DNA from: Pseudomonadales bacterium
Lineage (GTDB): Bacteria; Pseudomonadota; Gammaproteobacteria; Pseudomonadales; IMCC2047
Assembly: GCA_021736745.1 (NCBI GenBank)
Contig: JAIPFG010000002.1
Span: forward strand, 1 to 43,348
Length of the DNA stretch: 43,348 nucleotides
Direction of reading: 5' to 3'
In this document: in pieces, positions 8,211 through 16,400 of the stretch
Numbering within the stretch: position 1 is the stretch's first letter
How the letters are laid out: every line of letters starts with the position of its first letter
Notes under the pieces: model-generated
The model's input: the letters and a program-made list of their open reading frames with translations, nothing else
The model's database searches: none
What the model was told of the DNA's origin: nothing
Made by a program: the position numbers and the translations under genes

Positions 8211-8987
8211 ATGGCAGCAATACGAACCGCAGACGTTTTGAGTGTACATCACTGGAACGATACACTCTTTAGCTTTACCACTAGTCGTGACCCAGGACTA
8301 CGATTTGAAAATGGTCATTTTGTCATGATTGGTCTTAACGAAGAAGACCGCCCACTCATGCGTGCCTATAGTATCGCAAGCGCAAATTATGATGATTATC
8401 TCGAGTTTTTCAGCATCAAGGTGCAAGACGGTCCTCTGACTTCACGCCTGCAGGGCATCAAGCCAGGCGATCAAATTCTCGTGGGCAGTAAGCCGACAGG
8501 AACCTTGGTCATTCACGATTTGCTTCCAGGAAAGCATCTTTATTTACTGTCCACGGGCACGGGTCTTGCGCCATTTCTCAGCATTATCAGGGATCCTGAA
8601 GTTTACTCACGCTTCGAAAAGGTCGTATTAGTCCATGGGGTGCGTCATGTTAGCGAGTTGGCTTATGCTAAACGAATTGAACAAGATCTTCCGAATGAAG
8701 AATACATAGGCGATATGGTTCGAGAGAAACTGATTTACTACCCGACTGTGACACGCGAACCTTTCCGCAATCAAGGCCGACTTACCCAGCTGATAGCTGA
8801 TGGCAAGTTATTCGATGATATCGGACTTCCACCACTAGACCCCGCAGTCGACCGCGCTATGATCTGCGGCAGTCCAGACATGCTGAGAGACACGAGCAGT
8901 CTCCTTGATGCCAGGGGATTCAAAGTGTCTCGACATACCGGAGCGCCTGGTGATTATGTCATTGAGCGCGCCTTTGTGGAGAAATAA
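8211..8987 (+). CDS. fpr: ferredoxin-NADP+ reductase
   Basis: 258 aa. FAD-binding RAYSIAS, NAD(P)-binding LLSTGTGLAPF and MICGSPDM. The bacterial subclass ends in ..ERAFVEK. GGAG RBS is present. Confidence 0.9.
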   Translation: MAAIRTADVLSVHHWNDTLFSFTTSRDPGLRFENGHFVMIGLNEEDRPLMRAYSIASANYDDYLEFFSIKVQDGPLTSRLQGIKPGDQILVGSKPTGTLVIHDLLPGKHLYLLSTGTGLAPFLSIIRDPEVYSRFEKVVLVHGVRHVSELAYAKRIEQDLPNEEYIGDMVREKLIYYPTVTREPFRNQGRLTQLIADGKLFDDIGLPPLDPAVDRAMICGSPDMLRDTSSLLDARGFKVSRHTGAPGDYVIERAFVEK

Positions 8988-9161
8988 TTTTAGTTAGTGA
9001 CAGCACACAAAGTATGCTACGTAAAAAACAACCGTGTAATAGCCTGTTGAAATCATGAGATGTGAAGAGCACGATAGGTAAAAACCGGTATCACAGCGGT
9101 ACAGGATTGACTATTACCTACTACTCGTATCGCTTCGAGGCAACGACCTAAAGGAGGTCAC

Positions 9162-9764
9162 ATGAACACAGAAATTCAATCACCCAAAAAACAATCGCTC
9201 CATTTATTATTTGTCATGATTGCAATTATCGGAGCTGGATTTTTGTTTGCATATTTTCAACATGAAAATCTGGATAACCGGGTTAATTTCTCATTGATTG
9301 ATACCTCTGGAGCTGAAATATCTCAGCGCGATATGGGGGGCAAATGGATGCTGGTTTATTTCGGCTTTACCTCCTGCCCTGATATTTGCCCAACTCAGAC
9401 AGCGAAAGTCGCACAAACTGTTAAATATTTGGATAAAAAACGACTTGGTGACGATATCGTACCGGTCTTTATTTCAGTTGATTACAAAAGAGATAATCCT
9501 GAAAAAATTAAACGTTACTTGGCGCAATTTGACCAACGAATTATGGGGCTCACAGGCAGCAAAGAGCAACTGGATCAGACGACCCAAAGCTTTCACACAC
9601 ACTATGAACTCAAAGAGAATCCAGCGGCCGTTCACCATGGGGGGGTTGATGTTGTCCACTCCAGTATGACTTATATCGTGGACCCTTTTGGTAAAATTGT
9701 CGATCAGATAGCGTATGGTTATGACCCTGTTTTTTTAGCTGATCATATCGAAAAATTACTTTAG
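9162..9764 (+). CDS. SCO1/SenC family protein (second paralog)
   Basis: 200 aa with an N-terminal TM anchor. FGFTSCPDICP (CxxxC) and VVHSSMTYIVDP are present. Strong AAGGAGG RBS. Confidence 0.85.
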   Translation: MNTEIQSPKKQSLHLLFVMIAIIGAGFLFAYFQHENLDNRVNFSLIDTSGAEISQRDMGGKWMLVYFGFTSCPDICPTQTAKVAQTVKYLDKKRLGDDIVPVFISVDYKRDNPEKIKRYLAQFDQRIMGLTGSKEQLDQTTQSFHTHYELKENPAAVHHGGVDVVHSSMTYIVDPFGKIVDQIAYGYDPVFLADHIEKLL

Positions 9765-9860
9765 TGCTAGGGTAAAAAATGATGGATGCGGGCAGGCACA
9801 GACCAACACAAGGTGGAATATTCGATGGCATTCTGAAGGTCGGCTGATCCTTATACTCCC

Positions 9861-10697
9861 CTACTCACCCACCAGAACATCTGCCCTATAATAAGCAGCG
9901 TTATCAGTGCTCAGAACCTCAACCAACCGGGGTAGCAACAAGGACATTTTATCCATCAACGTCCAGGGAGGATTAATAACAATCATCCCAGCTGCCGTCA
10001 TTCCCCTGCCCTCTGTATCCGCTTTTATTGCTAATTCAAACCGCTGTATTTTTTTAATTCCACTGACCTTGAGGGCATGCTCCATCCGTTCAACAGGTTG
10101 ACGCGCTACTACGGGGTACCAAATAGCATAAATACCGCCCGCAAATTTTTTGTAGGCTTGTACAATCGTCGTTGAAACCTGAGTAAACTCATTTTTTAAT
10201 TCATAGGAAGGGTCTATCAGGATTAAAGCTCGACGGGATAACGGGGGTAATAAAGCAAGCAAACCCTTCAACCCATCTTCGCGCATGACCTTAACACGTC
10301 GATCACTTGCCGTATTTTTTTGCAAAAGGCCAAAATCCGCCGGATGCATCTCAAACAAACGGGCTTTATCTTGAGCTCGCATCAACGCCAGTGCTATCTT
10401 GGGTGAACCCGGATAATAACGTCGGGCATCAGTAGCATTATAGGCCTGTAAAACATCAAAATAACGTTCCAGTTCTGGCCATTCGTCAGGTATCAGCTTG
10501 TCGATGCCCGTCGTATATTCCCTTAGCTTTTCTGCCTGCACGGAGGTTAAATCATATAGCCCTGCGCCGGCATGGGTATCGATATAGTCAAAGGCATTGT
10601 TTTTCTTAGCCAAATGCTCAAGAATTTCGATAAGCACAATGTGCTTGAGTACGTCCGCAAAATTTCCGGCATGAAAGGAATGGCGATAGCTTAGCAA
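9861..10697 (-). CDS. rlmJ: 23S rRNA (adenine2030-N6)-methyltransferase
   Basis: 278 aa. The N-terminus MLSYRHSFHAGNFADVLKH and DTHAGAGLYDL are nearly identical to the E. coli RlmJ N-terminus. Confidence 0.9.
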   Translation of the reverse strand: MLSYRHSFHAGNFADVLKHIVLIEILEHLAKKNNAFDYIDTHAGAGLYDLTSVQAEKLREYTTGIDKLIPDEWPELERYFDVLQAYNATDARRYYPGSPKIALALMRAQDKARLFEMHPADFGLLQKNTASDRRVKVMREDGLKGLLALLPPLSRRALILIDPSYELKNEFTQVSTTIVQAYKKFAGGIYAIWYPVVARQPVERMEHALKVSGIKKIQRFELAIKADTEGRGMTAAGMIVINPPWTLMDKMSLLLPRLVEVLSTDNAAYYRADVLVGE

Positions 10698-11065
10698 TGG
10701 TTAATTCCTATTTTAAATCTGATGGAGGGTAATTTCCATAGCCTTCATACCTATCTGTCATAAAAATTTCGGTAGTATTGGCGAATATCCTTCTGGCATT
10801 GAGCTTACATTTTAGCCGTATTGGGTAAAAGCCGTGCGTAAACCGAACTTCTTAGAAAGTCATATCACCGAGCACTGGAAAGTGTCAGTATTTTATACAG
10901 CGGGGCCTCTATTACAAATTTATTTTTTTAAATTTCAAATAGTTATAAATTGGCTTGTAAATTGCTGCTTAATTCTTAACAGGTCTTCATCTAAAAAAAA
11001 TACAAATGATTCCAGCCCTACTAGCGGAATTCAATGCATAAAACATAACAACGAGGAATGAATTG

Positions 11066-11239
11066 ATGGAGCAGCAAAAAAACAATCTATTGACCATGAG
11101 CGCGATAGCGGCAGGATTCGCAATTGCATCCCCGATTTGGGCGACAACAGCACAAATACCTGAACCTAATATTATTACGTTGCTGGGTATAGGCGTCGTC
11201 AGTGCAATCTTATTGGCCAGATACAAAGCCCGTAAATAA
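11066..11239 (+). CDS. 57-aa mini-protein consisting of a signal peptide followed directly by a PEP-CTERM sorting signal
   Basis: Below the ORF-track cutoff and translated by hand: MEQQKNNLLTMSAIAAGFAIASPIWATTAQIPEPNIITLLGIGVVSAILLARYKARK. GAGGA RBS lies 7 nt upstream. The C-terminus has PEP, a hydrophobic helix and a basic tail, which is the PEP-CTERM (exosortase) pattern. Confidence 0.5.
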   Translation: MEQQKNNLLTMSAIAAGFAIASPIWATTAQIPEPNIITLLGIGVVSAILLARYKARK

Positions 11240-11303
11240 ATCCGTCTGGCTCTCAGGTTAACTGTCATGATTTGTCAGCTAACACTCGGACTCCAGGTTT
11301 TTG

Positions 11304-12155
11304 ATGGAAAATTATCTACTTTCCCACGAGGGTGAGATCTATACCGGCTGCTATTTTTTCGCCATAGCATTCGTCGCCACCTGGGAGAGCATTACGCCAC
11401 GTCAACCCCTAAGCCAACCCATGGGGTTGCGTTGGCTTGGCAATATCGCCGTGACCATCCTAGATATTCTACTGGTACGTACAATTTTCCCCTTTTTCGG
11501 GATCGCCCTCGCCCTCAACACCGAACAAAATGGCTGGGGGCTAATGTCCTTGTTTCATGTCCCTACAGCATGGGCATTGTTGATTGGTATTATCGTCCTC
11601 GACCTGAATAACTACCTGCAACACTATCTGCTGCATCATATCCCGCTGCTTTGGCGACTGCATAGAATGCACCACTCCGATATGGATTATGATTTTTCGA
11701 CCAGCCTTCGTTTCCATCCCTTAGAAGCTGTCTTTAGCGTTGCGCTTGAGTTGATCGTTATTTTTATCTTTGGTATCCCCGCCATCGCTTATATGGTTTA
11801 CAAAATATTACAAGTATTCATGGCCGCTTTTGTTCATGGCAACCTATGCATTCCAAAAACAGTCGATTGGCAGCTGCGAAAAATAATGGTAACGCCTGAT
11901 CTTCACAGAATTCATCATTCTGCCTCCCAGATTGAAGCCAATTGCAATTTCTCCGGAGTGACGCCCTGGTGGGACAGACTGTTCGGCACCTATATGGAGC
12001 ATCCCGCCCTGGGTCACGAAAAGATGGTAGTGGGGCTGGCAGAATTTAGAGATGAGAAATACCGCTATCTGCCCTGGATGCTACTCCAGCCATTTATAAA
12101 TCCGAAACCAATCGATGACCTTATTCTCTCTTCATCAGAAGGAGGGCAAGATTAG
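11304..12155 (+). CDS. fatty acid hydroxylase / sterol desaturase family membrane protein
   Basis: His boxes HYLLHH, HRMHHSD and HRIHHS in a polytopic membrane protein. The track starts at TTG 11301. The ATG at 11304 is used here. Confidence 0.8.
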   Translation: MENYLLSHEGEIYTGCYFFAIAFVATWESITPRQPLSQPMGLRWLGNIAVTILDILLVRTIFPFFGIALALNTEQNGWGLMSLFHVPTAWALLIGIIVLDLNNYLQHYLLHHIPLLWRLHRMHHSDMDYDFSTSLRFHPLEAVFSVALELIVIFIFGIPAIAYMVYKILQVFMAAFVHGNLCIPKTVDWQLRKIMVTPDLHRIHHSASQIEANCNFSGVTPWWDRLFGTYMEHPALGHEKMVVGLAEFRDEKYRYLPWMLLQPFINPKPIDDLILSSSEGGQD

Positions 12156-12289
12156 AAAATCTCGAATAAAATTATTTTTAATTTAAATTCAATATCTTGA
12201 AGCATTCATCTTAATAATTTCTTAAAATAAAATTGTGCTTAACAATGCAAATATTGAGATACAAAAGAACGCCTTAAACGGTCTTGTGT

Positions 12290-12928
12290 TTATAAAGGCT
12301 TAACGCCTAACGCCAATTGCAGTTTTACCATACTCCCCTCAGGATCAAGAATATCAAACCAGAAACTTTGCATGCCTACCGCTTCCGCGCCCCGACAATT
12401 TGCATGCATATCATCGACAAACAGGCAGTCTTTCGGCTCACAGTGAAGAGCTTTAACACAGGCGAGATAGGGCTCAGGCGCCGGTTTTCTCACACCGATA
12501 GATTTGACGTCGATTACCTGCTCAAACAGATGAACATGGGGCCATTTTTCCCACCAACAATCTCCTAACCAGGCGCTCGCATCGTTGGTCAGCAGCGCCT
12601 GTCTAAACCCCGCCATTTTAAGGTGTTTAATGACATTCCAAGTCTGCACCCGTTCTCCTTTAGAAAAATCGAGATCCTTATAGGGCGAAAATTCAATTCC
12701 CTGTTTTGCAAGCACATCAGTAATACACTTCAGGTACTCGGGTTCACTCATTTCCCCCTTGTCCATCCGCTGGTAAAAAGGATCAGCACCAGGCCCTGTC
12801 GGCCCAAGCGGTAGTCGCTCCAAAGGCCATCCTTGCTTTTTCCCAACTTCAAGCAGAAGTTCCGTGAAAAAGCGGTACATGATGCCTCCCATGTCCCAGA
12901 TGATCACCTTTGGTATTGAATCACTCAT
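12290..12928 (-). CDS. HAD superfamily hydrolase (DxGG-type motif I)
   Basis: 212 aa. Motif I IIWDMGGIMY, LLTNDA, K in GVRKPAPEPY and FVDDMHANCRGA are present. Confidence 0.7.
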   Translation of the reverse strand: MSDSIPKVIIWDMGGIMYRFFTELLLEVGKKQGWPLERLPLGPTGPGADPFYQRMDKGEMSEPEYLKCITDVLAKQGIEFSPYKDLDFSKGERVQTWNVIKHLKMAGFRQALLTNDASAWLGDCWWEKWPHVHLFEQVIDVKSIGVRKPAPEPYLACVKALHCEPKDCLFVDDMHANCRGAEAVGMQSFWFDILDPEGSMVKLQLALGVKPL

Positions 12929-13174
12929 TATATTCTACTCTGAAAGCTAAAATTCTCGGGATGTGGTAAGCCACACTCGTCAACCTAAAACAGGATGCCT
13001 TGGATTCTTGTTGACACATTAGCCCACCCTTTAACAAGTTTTGCCAATAGAGATGAAATCAGCACGTTAGCCATTTTTTAAAATGGCCCAGCATATTGGC
13101 GTTGTCTTTAAATCAACCCCACTGAGAATGGGCAAATTATTTTAACGTTGCCTGGCCTAGTTAGTTTACAAGAC

Positions 13175-13399
13175 CTAACCAACCAAACGGGTAATTTTTT
13201 TGAATTTATTGTTCTCGTCAAATTCAATCCGAAAAGTGCCGCTGATGCCATGGTGTGTTACAAAAGGTCGTAGAATTTTTGCCGGAAAGCGCACAGTTTT
13301 TCCACGACGGTCTTTGGTGATGACATCTTTGGCAATCCCCTGATAGAGCGCCAGATAGTCCTGCGAGGAAATCATGAGATCAAAAAGGATTTCTGACAT
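13175..13399 (-). CDS. small conserved protein, DUF2835-like
   Basis: 74 aa. The pattern ..YLALYQG.A..V......G..VRFPA..LRPFVTHHGI.G.F.I.FD.NNKF resembles the gammaproteobacterial DUF2835 family as I remember it. Confidence 0.5.
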   Translation of the reverse strand: MSEILFDLMISSQDYLALYQGIAKDVITKDRRGKTVRFPAKILRPFVTHHGISGTFRIEFDENNKFKKITRLVG

Positions 13400-13486
13400 A
13401 GAATGGTTGTACCCAGTAGTGTCTCTTTACCATTATCCAACCACAATCGAACCCAGCTCAGCCGGCGCAGTTGGCTGTTAGTTGTA

Positions 13487-16400
13487 TTATTCTTCTTGCT
13501 CCATACGCATTAACTCCCTGATTGCTACTGTAAACATCGCGGTATCGACCGCTGGAGCGTTACGCAGTTCTTTTTGCATGGATTGCCAGCGACTCAACAG
13601 TTCCTGGTGGTCGTTTATCCAATATTTAACGCGCTCTTCTGGATCTTTTGGCGCACCTGAATCGATTTTAATCACCGCATTGGTTAGCTTGCGCAGTTGC
13701 AAATCAAGGTCGTCTCTGAAAGTGTCCCGTACCGCAGCATGCCAGCGGGTATCCACATCCAACAGAATAATTTGCTGCCGGAACCAGTGTAAATTAAGAC
13801 AGTTAGCTAGGTTAAAGAAGATATGTGCTACCTGATCCAGGTCAGCTCCAGTGTCTGCCGTCGCCTCAATAATATCCAGGGCAAAATAAATGGCGCTGCA
13901 ACTGGCAATATCTGCCGCTAACGCTTCCGGCACACCGGTACTCAATAGTTCATCGTTGGCCTTTTGCCATTGTTTTAATGGCTCGCCACAAAGAATCCCA
14001 GGCATATTCTTACATAACTTTTCAATCCCTGGGTTAAAGTGCTGAATGACGGATTTAACATCACCATAATTACGACGATGCCGGAGTAACCATCGGGCGC
14101 CATGTCGCACTAACCGCATCAGGGAAAACATCATATCGGTTTGTACTTTGGCTGAGACTTGATTATCCAGGGCCTCAATTGCCTTCCATTTTTTTGGCAT
14201 TTGAAAGATATCTCTCGCAATGACATAAGCCATCGCAATTTGTTCATTTTGTGCATCGGTAGAGTTACGCATACGGCTGACATACGTAATGCCCATGTGA
14301 TTCACGATATCATTTGCAAGCTGCGTCGCAATTATTTCACGGCGCAGCTGATGCTGGTGCACAGCACCTTTGTATTTTTTTGTCAGTATTTTGGGGAAAG
14401 CCGTTTCCACCGCCTGGGACATATAATCGTCATCAGGGATAGTGGTGTTGACCAGCATTTCCTTCAATTCCGCTTTGCTGTAAGAAATCAGAACCGATAG
14501 CTCGGGGCGGGTCAATGTTTTGCCATGCTCATCCCGTTGAGCCAATTCCTCATCGGAGGGCAAAAACTCCAACGCGCGATTCAATTTCCCCGTTTCCTCC
14601 AGGTAGGTAATGAACCGTCGATATTCATTCATGTATTGATCGGCACTGGATTGCGCGATACTAATGGCTTGGACTTGCTGGTAGTTATTTTCCAGGACCA
14701 GGGTAGCGACATCCTCAGTCATATCCACTAACAGTTTATTACGCTGTTTTTCAGTAAGTTCTCCTGCCGTAACCAAATTGTCCAACAGGATTTTAATATT
14801 GACCTCATGATCAGAGCAGTCGACACCGCCGGCGTTATCAATGGCATCCGTATTACTGATGCCTCCGGCCAAGCCATATTCCACACGACCCAATTGCGTC
14901 ATCCCGAGATTCCCACCTTCGACCACCACCTTGGCCCGTAACTGAGCACCATTAATTCGTATGGCATCATTCGCTTTATCGCCGACATCAAGATGTGATT
15001 CGCTGGTTGCCTTCACATAGGTGCCAATGCCTCCGTTCCAGATCATGTCAACCGGTGACTTCAGCAGCGCGTTAATTAGGTCATTCGGCGTCAACTGATT
15101 TGCTTTAATATCAAACCGTTGCTTCATTTCGGGAGAAACATTGATGGATTTAACGCTACGGTGGTAAACCCCACCGCCTTTCGATATTAATTTCCTGTCA
15201 TAATCCGTCCAACTGGAGCGTGGCTGCTCAAATAAACGTTTTCGCTCACTAAAACTTTTCGCGGCATTCGGGTTAGGGTCAATAAAAATATGCATATGAT
15301 TAAAAGCCGCGACCAGTTGTATATGCTCCGACAAGAGCATGCCGTTTCCAAACACATCGCCGGCCATATCGCCAATGCCAACCACGGTGAAGTCCGTATG
15401 CTGCACATCAAGACCCCGCTCTCGGAAATGGCGCTGTACAGACACCCAGGCACCGCGCGCGGTAATCCCCATCCCCTTATGGTCATAGCCCTGGCTGCCA
15501 CCTGAGGCAAAGGCATCGCCCAGCCAGTAGCCATATTCTTTGGCAATACCATTGGAGATATCCGAAAAGGTAGCCGTGCCCTTATCCGCAGCCACCACTA
15601 GATAGGGGTCGTCCTCATCGTAACGCAGCACTCTTGGCGGCGGGATAATTTTACCCTTCAGGAGGTTATCACTCACATCCAATAATCCGCGGATAAAGGT
15701 TTTATAGCAGGCGATGCCTTCAGCCATAAAGGCTTCACGATCCGTCATTTCAAAGGTTCGGTGCGCGACAAAACCACCCTTTGCGCCAACCGGGACGATA
15801 ACCGCATTTTTCACCTGCTGTGCTTTCACTAATCCCAGCACTTCCGTACGGTAATCTTCGATCCGATCTGACCAGCGCAGACCACCGCGAGCGACCTTGC
15901 CCCCACGCAAATGCACGCCTTCCATGCGGTTCGAATAAACAAAAATTTCATACATAGGACAGGGCAAGGGGATATCCGGCATCTGCTTAGGATCCAGCTT
16001 GAAGGAGATATACTCTTTTGTCGCCCCTTCCGTCTGGGTCTGAAAAAAATTGGTCCGCAGCATGGCCTTGTTTAGCTCAAGATAACGTCGTAATACGCGG
16101 TCTTCACTGAGACTTTCTACCTGATCCAGAAGCGCAAGGTACTCCTTCTCCAATTGTTTGAGCTGTTTCTGTCTGGCGTCATAATTCAGTTTGAGATCAG
16201 GGTCAAACTTAGTATTAAAATACCGGACAATCAAACGGGTAAATTCCATATGCCTTAATAGCGTATCGGCAATATATTCCTGGCTTAGGCCAAGCCGTAT
16301 TTGTTTAAGATAACGTCCACAGGCCCGTATAAATGCAATCGAACGCCAATCCATTTGTGCCGCCAAGACCAAGCGATTAAAACTATCATTGGCGGCCAAA

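Noticed and set aside
9298-9669. 123-aa alternative-frame ORF inside the second SCO gene
   Set aside because: It is an off-frame overlap with a gene that has a strong RBS and clear SCO motifs. It has no motifs of its own.
10794-10808. Sigma-54-like element TGGCAT-N5-TTAC upstream of the PEP-CTERM mini-ORF
   Set aside because: The -12 element reads TTAC rather than TTGC, so the conserved GC is missing. It lies about 258 bp from the ATG. A single near-match in AT-rich DNA is not enough evidence.
10987-11268. 93-aa minus-strand track ORF, and the 75-aa plus-strand ORF at 10834-11061, in the rlmJ-hydroxylase gap
   Set aside because: Neither has an RBS or a recognisable motif. The minus-strand ORF is the antisense shadow of the better-supported PEP-CTERM mini-ORF, which has an RBS, a signal peptide and a sorting motif. 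The 75-aa ORF starts at GTG and has odd, low-complexity composition.
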